The notes beneath the pieces were generated by a model. It ran no database searches. It saw nothing but the letters and a program-made list of their open reading frames with translations, and was not told where the DNA came from. The position numbers and the translations under genes are program-made. DNA of 64,000 bases from Felis catus (lineage: Eukaryota): positions 102,984,001-103,048,000 of the forward strand of contig NC_058373.1 in NCBI RefSeq assembly GCF_018350175.1. The letters run 5' to 3'. Positions within the stretch are counted from its first letter, which is position 1; the number at the start of each line of letters is the position of its first letter. Below, piece by piece: positions 49,070 through 60,300 of this stretch.

Positions 49070-49449
49070 TATGTGTGTGTTACTTTTTTGGAAGGCAGAC
49101 CAGAGAGACAAAAAGTCACCAAACTTTGGTGAGATGGTTGAGACTCTGGATCAAACCAGTCTTGAAGTCTTTCCAACTTCTGAACAAGTTAGAAACTAGG
49201 TTTCTTGATTTTTTTTTCCACTTTGAGGTCCCTAACCTCTGAGGGTACTCAGAGTCAGTGTCATTTAATTCTAGATGAGGAAGGACATTTTTAAAGGAGA
49301 TCCTCAGCATCTCCATAGTAATTGAATGTATGCCTCAGATAATTGTATATACAAAATGAAATTATAGACTCCACAGGACAGGTGACTCTCCCGAGCTTCC
49401 ACCATCTTTTATCTTTTGCTAATTGGTATTGCAGTCGGCACCTAAACAA

Positions 49450-49875
49450 ATTCTGACTCCAAGCCTGCCCTATCCCTTCTAATCCATCCTTCACACAGCT
49501 GCCAGAGTTCTCTTTAAAATACAATTCTGAACATTTTATAATTCACAGGCACACACATCCATGCATTATCTCCTTAAAATTTTTCTATAGTTCCTGATGG
49601 CCTGCTGGATTTTATCCAAACTTCTTAGCACAGCTCACATGGTCCTTAAGACCTGCCTCACTCTACCTTTTCAGTTTCATCTCCCAGGAGCCTCTGCCAC
49701 AAACATGATGGGCACTCTATCCTGAACAGATGATATTCTTAAGTGTCTTCAAGACTTTGCAAGTGTGATTCTCCATGCCTGTAAGGTCTTTCTCCTGCTT
49801 TCTGTATTAAAGAATTCTTCCTAATCTTTGGAAACCCTCAACTCAAATATCACTTGGCTAAGGAACATTTCTTAA
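49450..49875 (+). mobile_element. L2 fragment
   Basis: aatccatccttcacacagctgccagagt...tccaaacttcttagca...caactcaaatatcac. Confidence 0.65.
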
Positions 49876-52004
49876 GTCACTATAGGGATTTGACTTGACA
49901 CATTTATGGGAACTAGTTAGTTGGGGAAACATCCTGTGGGAAGTTGTCATAACTGCCTCAGGTAAGGCAGTTGGAAAGGCAAGGTGGGGAAAAAGGACAA
50001 ATTGGAACCTGAATGGGACCTACCAGAATGAACTAGAACCTGGGTTGGTCTCCTGCCACCTTGAGGCCTCCATCTCTGATGTTGTAGGTGTCTCCTACAG
50101 GAGAAACTGCTACACTTTGTCATGATTCTTGATATGTACCTGGTTCACAGGAGTTAAGGAAGCTGAAGGAGGAAACAGAGTTGCTGTGAACCCAGGTGTT
50201 GCCTGTTGCCACCCCCTCCGTCCCCACTTGCTGCAACCAGGAAAACCAGCACTCAACCACATATGTGAGAGGTCACAGAACCCCTTTCCCACTCTAACCT
50301 GTTGAGTGTAGTAAGATTATGGTTTCTTCACTTTTCTGTCTTCCAAATTTCCCATGGAACAGCTCTTGTGCTCCACGACAACCCAGAACTGCAAAGGAAA
50401 GGGAATTCTGAGAAACATGGATCCAACAGAACCGAGCTGCCAATACAAATCTGACAGTACAAATACAAATTATACCCCCATACCTTCCTTTGATAAGAAT
50501 AATAGCTCTTTGCAGATGCGTTTTCACCATCAAGGTATAAATTATTTTGATCAAGGAGCATGTCTCATGTATACTCATAGCTGTAGCACCTAGCATGTAG
50601 GAGGTATTATCAGTGTTCAACTAATAAAAAAATTAGAACATATAATAAAAAAATGCTTTCACATAGCAATTTGAGTAAAAATGCTCACTTCCTTAATATT
50701 ATTTCTCATGTGCATTTCTTAATGGTTGAAAAACTAGTGTTTGGCATTTGTTTGCACAACCACCTGAAAAGTATTCTGGAAAAAAGAGATTTCTTAACAT
50801 ATGTGCTAGTATTGAATTTCAGAGGGGAATAAGCCTACCTCATTGGTGAATTTCGCGGGGTCTGCTTCTAAGGACGACAGAGTAAAGCAAAGGCAGGCAT
50901 TGCAGAGCTTTCCAAAGAGGTGGCAAAGGTTAATTATTTTAAGCATTTGGAACTTGGCAACAAGTAGGGTGGAACAAACATACTGACTAGACATATGCTA
51001 TAGAATATTCCGTAAAGCTCTCTCTGTCTATAGTGGTTTACACAGAAAGCTGAACATATGGCAGGCTTTGTTTGGCTTTTTCTCTGGAATCATCTGTCAA
51101 GACATGAGCTGCCACCTAATTACTCACATTCTACTCTGCATTTTCCATTTTTGGTCTGATTTCTCAAAGCCTTCAAACATTCTTTTTAAAATTTATTTTT
51201 AAAAAATTAATTTTATCTGACCTATAATAGAGTTGTGGGTGTTTCTGGGAGATACTTTTAAAGGGTAAGGAATGTGGACTCTATATCCTGGCTTTTGGAC
51301 TCTAAGTCCTACCAAGATAACATGTGCTTTAGAGTGGTAATGATTTATCACCCTACTAAAGAGAAAGGGGATTGGTGGGAACTATTAAGATCAAAGGTTT
51401 ATGTCTTCTTGAACACCTACTTTTTTTTTTGAGTGACAGTTCTTAAGGGTGAGGTGAGAACCAATTCAAAGTACAAGCCTTTCTTCTGGATCAGATATGC
51501 AAATGATGCATCATTTTATATTTTCATTTTTTACTTACAGTTAATGGCCACTGTCTAGTAATCTATAACATGAACTATTAAGGATAATTGAAATGTGATA
51601 TTTATAAGTTAACACATTACAAAAGCTGACTAAGGCATAATATTTATTCTACTAAAATGTCTTAATTAGTTTGAAAACTCCTAATGGGCATATGACCCTG
51701 CCATATTCCCAAGACTTGGAATTCTTGAAAGAATACATCATTATCAGTACATAATGAGTATTGCTTTGAGATGATTGTGGTTTTTCATTGATGTCCTTCT
51801 AGTATTAATAAACTTGTACCTGTAGCTTTTACTTCTGTTAAAACTTTATTTTTATGTGTGTCATACTGCACAGGTAGCCTTTAGTTTCAGTTTAGCTCCT
51901 CTCCAACTCTTGTGGTCATCCAGTTCCTTCTCCACTGAAAAGTAAGGAATAGGTGATGTTAATAGCTCACACAATTTTTTGCCTGGCTTAAGAAGGTTTC
52001 ACAC

Positions 52005-52033
52005 TATATCTATACACACACAGACACATATAT

Positions 52034-52069
<36 letters not shown>

Positions 52070-52385
52070 ACATACACACTGGAATATTATTCAGCCATAA
52101 AAAGAATGAAATTTTGCCATTTGCAACGACCTGGATAGAGCTACAGAGTATAATGCTAAGTGAAATAAGCCAGTCAAAGACAAATACCCTATGATTTAAC
52201 TCATGTGGAATTTAATATATAAAACAAATCAGCAAAGGAAAAAAATAGAGAGTGGGGGGTGCCTGGGTGGCTCAGACAGTGAAGTGTCTGACTCTTGATT
52301 TTGGCTCAGGTCATGATCTCATGGTTCATGGCATCGAGTCTCATGTTTGGATCTGCACTGACTGTGTGGAGCCTGTTTGGGATAT

Positions 52386-52429
<44 letters not shown>

Positions 52430-52672
52430 CCTCCCTCTCTCTGCCCTTCCCCTGCTCATGAGCCCACATGCACTCACTCTCTCTCTCTCTCTCTCTCTGA
52501 AAATAAATAAACATTAAAAAAAGGGGGGGGGACGGAGAAACCAAGAAACAGACTCTTAACTATACAGAACAACTGATGGTTACCAGTGGGGATGTGGGTG
52601 GAGGGATGAGTGAAATAGGGGATGGGGACTAAAGAGTATACTTATCACGATAAAAAAAATAATGAACTAAAA
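52005..52672 (+). mobile_element. Carnivore L1 3' end (5'-truncated) with (CA)n and nested SINE
   Basis: ggaatattattcagccataaaaagaatgaaattttgccatttgcaacgac (KKNEILPFATTW); aaacagactcttaactat; possible TSD aagaaggYYtcac at 51990-52002 and 52673-52685. Confidence 0.9.
52256..52521 (+). mobile_element. Can-SINE in L1 3'UTR, expanded (CT)n
   Basis: SINE head, CT tracts, aaaataaataaacatt tail. Confidence 0.93.
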
Positions 52673-53820
52673 AAGAAGGCCTCACTCAAATAAGTTGTCC
52701 ACTGGTATAGATAGTCTCCAACACCACAGAATGATCAGAGGATAGACAGCCAGAGTCTTGGCACTGTTGGGTGTCAGTTTATTTTCATGGTAATCATCTG
52801 TGCTGATGCCTTTTCATCTAAATAATTATTTTTAGAATCAGCATTGGTAATAAAATCATTTTCCTGATAGGCAGCATTCAGCATCCACACTCATGCTGCA
52901 GGGGAAGCAGGGAATGACTGGCCTTCAGCATCTTGTCTCACACCAGAAGACAGAGCTGAATGAATGGTTCAGAGTTATAAATGCTCCATCACGCCTTGCT
53001 GCTTGAATATTTTATAACTTTTAAGCTCTATTAAAGGAAGTGATGTCAAAAGTATTTAGTGGAGATAGCTCCTAGAAATGGTTTTTTATTAAGAAAGAGG
53101 ACACTAATCATCTACTGATGATGGAATGAGAGAAGATATTACCCTGCTGAAGATGGGTTGTTATCTCAGTCCTGGAAGGGTTGACTGTTGTTAGAAATGG
53201 TTGGGCAAAAGAGGGCAGGAGAAGTGACAGGCATGACTCAACCAAAATGTTTGTGTCCGGGTTTCTTTAGTGGAGAGATATCGATGCAGGGAATGATCTG
53301 TGACTATCACAGTTTTTATTTTAGTAAATTCTAATCTTACTACATCTGAAGGATATCGACCACTCACAGAACAAAGTGCATTTTATACCCTCTTTCACTA
53401 TCTTTCTTTTTTTTTAAATTTAAATTGAAGTTAGTTAACATACAGTATAGTATTGGTTTCAGGAGTAGAACCCACTGATTCATCATTCCGTATAATAGTG
53501 TTTATCCCAATAAGTGCCCTTCTTAATGCCCATCACCCATTTAGCCCATCTCCCCACCCACCTCCCCTCCAGCAACCCTTGGTTTGTTCTTTGTTTTTAA
53601 GAGTCTCTTATGGTTTGCCTCCCTCTCTGTTTTTATCTTATTTTTCCTTCTCTTCCTTTATGTTCATCTGTTGTGTTTATTAAATTCCATATATGAGTGA
53701 TATCATATGTTTATCTTTCTCTGACTGATTTATTTCACTTAGCATAATACACTCTAGTTCCATCCATGTTGTTGCAAATGGCAAGATTTCATTCTTTTTG
53801 ATCACTGAGTAATATTCCAT

Positions 53821-53830
53821 TGTGTGTGTG

Positions 53831-53872
<42 letters not shown>

Positions 53873-53876
53873 TACA
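53821..53876 (+). repeat. (TG)n/(CA)n microsatellite inside L1
   Basis: Seen directly. Confidence 0.93.
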
Positions 53877-54463
53877 CCACATCTTCCATATGCATTCATC
53901 AGTCAATGGACATTTGGGCTCTTTCCATAATTTGGCCATTGTTGATAATATTGCTATAAACATTGGAGTGCATATGCCCCCTTTGAATCAGCATTTTTGT
54001 ATTTTTTGGATTAATACCTAGTAGTGCAATTGTTGGGTCATGGGGTAGTTCTATGTTTAATTTTTTGAGGAACCTCCATACCGTTCTTCAGAGTAACTGT
54101 ACCAGTTGGCATTTCTACCAATTGTGCACAAGGGTTCCCTTTTCTCCACACCCTTGCCAACATCTGTTGTTTCCTGAGTTGTTCATTTTAGCCATTCTGA
54201 CAGGTGTGAGGGGGTACCTCATAGTGGTTCTGATTTCTATTTCTCTGATGATGAGTGATGTTGAGCATCTTTTCTTGTGTCTGTTAGCCATCTGGATGTC
54301 TTCTTTGGAAAATTGTCTGTTCATGTCTTTTGCCCATTCCTTCACTGGATTATTTGGTTTTTGGGTGTTGAGTTTGATAAGTTCTTTGTAAGATTTGGAT
54401 ACTAAACCTTTATCTGCTATGTTATTTGCAAATATCTTCTCCCATTCCATCAGCTGCCTTTTA

Positions 54464-54671
54464 ATTTCTTTTAATATTTATTTTTGAGAGAGAGAGAGAG
54501 GCAGAGCATGAGTGGGGGAGGGCCAGAGAGAGAGGGAGACACAGAATCCAAAGCAGGCTCTGTGCTGAGCTGTCAGCTCAGAGCCTGACACGGGGCTCAA
54601 ACCCACAAACCATGAGATCATGACCTGAGCTGAAGTTGGACACCCAACTTACTGAGCTACCCAGGCACCCC
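54464..54671 (-). mobile_element. Can-SINE nested in carnivore L1
   Basis: TSD catcagYtgcctttta at 54448-54463 and 54674-54689. Confidence 0.95.
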
Positions 54672-54944
54672 ATCATCAGTTGCCTTTTAGTTTTGCTGAC
54701 TGTTTCCTTCACTGTGCAGAAGCTTTTTATTTTGGTAAGGTCCCAATAGTTCATTCTTGCTTTTGTTTCCCTTGACTCCAGAGACATGTCTAATAAGAAG
54801 TTGCTACAGCCAAGGTCACCTCTTTGACCTCACTAACTATCTTATATGCTGGTTGAGGGTGAGACTACATCTCCACACTCATTTAGTCTCCTTTCCAGGA
54901 CCCCATTCCATGCCTTGCATTCGGTCCAACTTATCCCCTAGTAC

Positions 54945-55031
54945 AGGGAGGTGAAGTATCCAGAGCCAATAAAACTTTTAGAGGTCCATGAAAATGTCTT
55001 AATTTCTTTTATTTAAAATTTTTTTTAATAT

Positions 55032-55096
<65 letters not shown>

Positions 55097-55445
55097 CGAA
55101 CAGGGGAGGAGCAGAGAGAGAATCCCAAGCAGATAATGTGCCGTCAGCACAGAGCCTGACACAGGGCTTGATCCCGTGAACCATGACATCATGACTTGAG
55201 CCAAAATCAAAAGTTGGATGCTCAACCAACTGAGCCACCCAGGTGCCCCAAAATGTCTTAATTTATTTTAAAATCAGAAGAAAAATAATGAATTTTGGGT
55301 CAAAGAGTATGTTTTAGTATATAATACTCATATATTCATCTTTGTAACAGTTCAGTTGTTAAATATAATTTTTAATAAATTTTTATGGAAGAGTGGACCC
55401 CCAGGCAGAACTGTTTGGGTTCTTACAAAAGTTATAATGCAGTCG
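54945..55445. mobile_element. Probable old hAT-type DNA transposon remnant, split by a SINE
   Basis: AT-rich interior; ends gggttcttacaaaagttataatgcagtc; family not identified securely. Confidence 0.35.
55006..55249 (-). mobile_element. Can-SINE with (TTTA)n tail
   Basis: Perfect 15-bp TSD aaaatgtcttaattt at 54991-55005 and 55250-55264. Confidence 0.95.
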
Positions 55446-55559
55446 TAAGTGGGAACTCCATAAATGCTGATTGATTGACTGAAAAATGATGTTTGAATCC
55501 TTCACTGTATTACTTTGAGGGCTTGATTATCTTCATGCTGCCCTTCAAGAAGTTTCATG

Positions 55560-55740
55560 TAGCAGCAAAGAGCATTGGTGGTGAGCCAAGAGACCTGAAG
55601 GTGAAACTTCTGTCATATCTACTTTTATAACACTGGGAAAGTCACTTGGTCTCCTAGACTCTGTTTTCTCACCTCTAAAAAAGAAGACATTGAATTCAAT
55701 TTCTAGGATCTTTCTGGTTTAGAAATTCTATTATGTTAAT
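55560..55740 (+). mobile_element. MIR fragment
   Basis: ctgggaaagtcactt...ctctgttttctcacctctaaaa. Confidence 0.55.
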
Positions 55741-57974
55741 CTAGAAAAGATAGCAAGAAATTGAAGTTCTTTCATGAAAAATTTTAGACAGATGATAGAA
55801 GTAACATTTATTTGTTATTTTGTGAGCTCATAGTGGGTAATCAATAAACAGTTGTTGAATAAAGGACTTTGATGGAGCTGGATTCCTGCAAAATCTTCTG
55901 CTGTCTCAATCTCTAACTACAGGGTAGATGTTAATGATCCAGGAAGAGAAAGGCAGACAGTCGGGCCATGTATCCTCTGGTACTCCTTTTCCAACCTGTG
56001 ATTCCTTCTTGTTGAGAAAACTCGAGTTCTTATTTCCTAGCCACACTTAAAGATGTATGTAAACTGATAAACTGTCGTTGGATTCAAAATTAATTTAGTA
56101 ACAGGAATGGCTGTCCAAGAGCCCATGGGTTCAGTTGGCCTCCCACAATGACAATATCCAAGGTAGAGGTGCTCACTTGCTCAGCTCACTCTTCCTTTGC
56201 CCACATAGTGCTTGCAAGCCTGAGCCCCAGTGAGCTTTCTACTACTGGGAGTTGTACTCTAGATAGGACTGATCCTTCAGCTTCTTTTCTCAGAACCCTG
56301 GAGGGAAGACAGACATAGTGAGAGGAGCTCCCCCTCTCCCTAATAGCTCCCTAAACCACCTTTGCCACCCACTGAGAATATGAAAGATGACTGCTAATAG
56401 AAGCTCAAATACCTTTTTTCCCCCAGATTCTTGAAAATTAATCTTAACCCTAGGAACAGATGTGAGTTTTAAAATTGTTATCATTATTAACTACCATTGA
56501 TGGATGCATGGTAGGTGAGATGGACATAGACCATGCTAAGACCATAAAAATCCCAAAGGAAAACATCAACTAGGAAAGAGAGCTGAAGAGCACTATGTCA
56601 TTATAATACTGTTCTAAGGTTGCCCGAGAAGAAAGTAACAGCATTAAAACTCTGGACCTTCTTCAGAAAATATACTGCCAAGAGTCATGACCCATGTGGG
56701 CTCAGCCCCAGAGCATGCTGGGGACTTAAAGGGGAGCAGACAGAGGGGTGAACCTGGAATGGGATGACCTGGGACTAAAGACAGATGCTAGGGCTTTTCT
56801 TTTCAGGTAGGGTTTCCTGATCATTTCAGCAATTTTAAAGTTCAGCTCTCTCTATGAAAGCCATCATTTGTGTGAGAGGAATTCTGGGACATATATTAGT
56901 TTGTGTAATGCACACAGGTGGAGAAGAGATCATATTCTCTCCATTTCACACAGTAAGGGCAGAGCTGAGCCTCAGACCTCAGTGCACAGGATTTCACCCT
57001 GCTCCCTTGTAAGAATGCCTATGATTTTGCCTTCTGGTTTGCTATTGGATTTGTTTTGACAAGAGCATATATAGATGGAAGTTGGTCCACTGGGGAGGGA
57101 GCTGCCTAGTTCTAAATTCTATTCTTTGATTGATTACCTAGAGAAGATTCAGAAAATACTGGAAGTAACTTGCTTCTCAATCTCAAGGAAGTTTTACATG
57201 GAAAATGAATTATCTTGTTTTTTCAGAGTACACACAGGGAAACTCATAAATGATGTGTCTGGTTTTCTTTCATGGCCATAATTCTTGTTTTTATTTTGAG
57301 CTTTTTTTTTAACACCTCTTAACACAGTATAATATTAAACAGTGCTTTTCTGCTATCATCTGTTACCAGATATGTTTTTAATTATGTGATTGATCCTAAA
57401 AAATATAAAGAAATATTGGATATTAATGACAAGAAGCTGAACCCTTTTATCCTCAAATGTAAAAGTTGTCAAAAATTACTCTTCATCTCTGAGTCTTTGC
57501 ATCTTTAAACTTCTGATTTTAAACATTTTGCTGTTTCTTTTAAGTCCTGATTAGGTAGGGTGGCATTCTGACTTCTGTGGTTGTGTTCAGTCAATATTTT
57601 TCCTGTTTTCTACTTCATTATCTCTCTTCTCATAAGATTTTCAGACAATGGGAAGTTCAGCCTTTTATCAGTGATATCTGTCTGACTCTGATCAAAGCAA
57701 AAGCTCTTGTTTACTGTTTGTATTATACAGATTTGCAGAGAGGGCAGAGTGGTAGGAAGCAAGGCATCTACTGTAATGAGACATGAAAACAGACCATGGT
57801 TTGAAACTTTACAGCGTCAGTAACAGCAGTAGGCATACTGGAAATTTATATTATAAATGAGAATACCAAATGGATATGGTGTCTGAAAAAATTAGAATAT
57901 ATAAATACTGTCTTCTTGCTGTTGTCTGGTTCTCCATTCCTCCTTGATCTTGAGTGAATGCCAAGAGTGGGAAT

Positions 57975-58212
57975 GGGGCGGAGCCAGAATTTATTGATCA
58001 AGTGCCAGATACTATACCAGGATTTAGTCTGTTTTAATGATTATGTCAAGTGTCAGGGTTTTTTTGTTTATGTTTTTGTTTTTTTATGACCATTTCCCAG
58101 AGTGAGAAACTGCGGTTCAGAGATATTAAGTAACTTATTTAAAATCACACAATAAAGAAGCGAAAGAACTATTTTTTCAAGTCTGTTTTATTCAGAAACC
58201 TGTGCTCTTTCC
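57975..58212 (-). mobile_element. MIR fragment
   Basis: gagaaactgcggttcagagatattaagtaactt...aatcacac. Confidence 0.6.
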
Positions 58213-58384
58213 CCAATCTCTCTTTGCTGCCTTCAGGAGAGAAATGGCCTGGCAAAATGTGTACATTCATCGGGTAATGAATGCACTGGCTCCCTGGATT
58301 ATTATATTAATACTGTTGTAATTTTATTATAATATATGCTATATATAGTATGCTATATAAATTAAATAATTTCTTTGTTGTTTA

Positions 58385-58700
58385 TTATTAGGTAAATAAG
58401 TATTTTCTACTAGGTACTAATTTGAGGGTCAGAGGTCAATCAGGCATGGGTCCTCTCATTAATGAAATGTCCATAGCTATGCAAACAATGTGATACTTGT
58501 GTACATAACCACAGCTCAAGGTAGAAAGTGTGTGTGCTCTGGGAGTTCCAAGCATGGAAATCCTCTACCTAGGAAGATCAGAGAAGGCTTCAGGGAGAAG
58601 GTGACTTTTGAAATAGGCTTTGCAATATGGGTTAGGCCTGAACTTGTAGAAGTGAAGGAGAGGGCATTCCAAGCAAAGGAAGTGGTCTGAGAAATAGAAA
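58385..58700 (-). mobile_element. L2 3' fragment
   Basis: atcagagaaggcttcagggagaaggtgacttttgaa...agggcattccaagcaaagga. Confidence 0.65.
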
Positions 58701-58719
58701 ATAAAACTACACTTTAGTG

Positions 58720-59145
58720 AGTGTCATGGTCAGCTCAGACTGCTGTAACAAAGTACCATCAGCGGGATGGTTTAAACAATGGACATGTATTTCTCATAAT
58801 TCTGGAGGCTGGGAAGTCCAAGATCATGGTGCTAGCAAATTCTGAACTTGGTGAGACTCTTCCTGGCGTACAGATAGATGCCTTCTTGCTATGTGCTCAT
58901 GTAGCATTTCCTCAGTGCAGAGAGAGAGACAGACAGAGACAGAGAGAGACAGAGAGAGAAGAAATGAACTCTGGTATCTCTCCCTCTTCTTACAAGGATA
59001 CTCATCCTGTCATGAGAACAACACTCTCCTGACCTAATCTAAACCTAATCACCTCCTGAAGGCCCTGCCTCCAAATACCATTGTATTAGGTGCTAGCGTT
59101 TTAAACATGAATCTGCAGAGAACACAAACATTGAATTTATAACAG
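58720..59145 (-). mobile_element. MaLR solo LTR (MLT1A-like)
   Basis: tgctgtaacaaagtacc...ttctggaggctgggaagtccaagatca...aatctaaacctaatcacctcc...cctccaaatacca. Confidence 0.9.
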
Positions 59146-59269
59146 TGCATTCTCTACGTACAAGGAATATTGCATATATCACTTCATTTAATTCTTATAA
59201 GAACTCTATTGGTTGGTACTATTTGTTCTACAAGCACGTAAGACACAAAATTTTTAATCTGAACTCAAC

Positions 59270-60175
59270 ACTTCTCTCTCCTCTACTCTGCTCCCTTACT
59301 TCCTGTATGTCTCTTGAGGCAAGGGACATCACAATCCGTTTCTGTCACACAGGCCTGACTCCTGCTTGTAATTCTTCTTTTTAAAGTTTATTTATTTATT
59401 TTGAGAGAGAGAGAGAGAGAAGAAGAGAGAGGCGGGGGAGGGTCAGAGAGAGAGGGAATCCCCAACAGGCCCCATGTTCAGCACAGAGCCCTATGTGGGG
59501 CTCCATCCCACAACCATGAGCTCATGACCTGAGTCAAAATCAAGAGTCAGATGCTTAATCGACTGAGCCACCCAGGCTTCCCCTCTGCCCTTCAGCCTCA
59601 TAGAGCCCTATGAATTCCACCCTCTAAACATCTCTGGAATCCACCCACTTTGCTGAGCCCTCACTGCCACTGCTTTGGTCCAGGCCATTACCATCTCTCA
59701 TTCACCATTGCAACCACCTCCTACTAGTGGTTCTTGTGGCTTCCAGTCTTGCCCTCCCACCCCATCCTCATTCAATCTATTCTCCATACAATAGCCAGAG
59801 AGATCACTGTAGCCTGTAGATCTGGTTATATTCTTGCCCTGATTAAAACTCTGAATACTTTTCATTTCCCTTAGAATAAAGGATTTTTTTCAGCAAAGCT
59901 TAAAGAGCCTTCTGGATCTGGCCTCTGCTTCCTTCCTCAGCCTGATCTTGGACCATTCTCCCATCCCACGTCCATCCTCCAGTCATTCCATTCCATATTT
60001 TTTCTGGTCCCTATTCTGCACTTCCCTTTGACTGTCCATGCTCAGTCGCTTGATTAGCATCAAGGTTAAGTTTGCATCTCTTATCCCTCGATTATAACCC
60101 AGAGGGTGTGAGCTCCAGAACAGCAGGGGCCATGTCTGTTTGTCCAGTAGTAAATATATTTCAATGAATAAATTT
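59270..60175 (+). mobile_element. L2 body and 3' end, split by a SINE
   Basis: gtccaggccattaccatctctc...caatctattctccatac..agccagagagatc...tgtgagctccagaacagcagggg. Confidence 0.75.
59375..59583 (-). mobile_element. Can-SINE
   Basis: tttatttattttgagagaga...caagagtcagatgcttaatcgactgagccacccagg. Confidence 0.92.
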
Positions 60176-60179
60176 ATTT

Positions 60180-60300
60180 TTAAAACTGTGGCACAAAAGG
60201 CTTAGGTAACTTTCTCAAGGTCAAGTAGCCGGTTAATGGTAGAGCTAGAGATCAGGAAAAAAATCAGTCTGTATTCAAATCTAATGTTTTTCTCATAACA
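60180..60300 (-). mobile_element. MIR fragment
   Basis: taggtaactttctcaaggtca...aatggtagagctagagatc. Confidence 0.5.

Larger units (their letters stand above)
53403..54818 (-). mobile_element. Carnivore L1 3' part (ORF2 C-terminus plus 3'UTR), 5'-truncated
   Basis: ORFs at 54115-54450 (WEKIFAN...[12 protein letters not shown]...[10 protein letters not shown]) and 53680-53895 (MEYYSVIKKNEILPFATTWMELE) are L1 ORF2p-like; T-rich tail at 53403. Confidence 0.95.

Noticed and set aside
49880..50470. Possible old LTR
   Set aside because: It looks LTR-like, but I cannot assign a family or termini.
54115..54450. 111-aa ORF as a functional gene
   Set aside because: It is an L1 ORF2p C-terminal remnant in a truncated element disrupted by a SINE.
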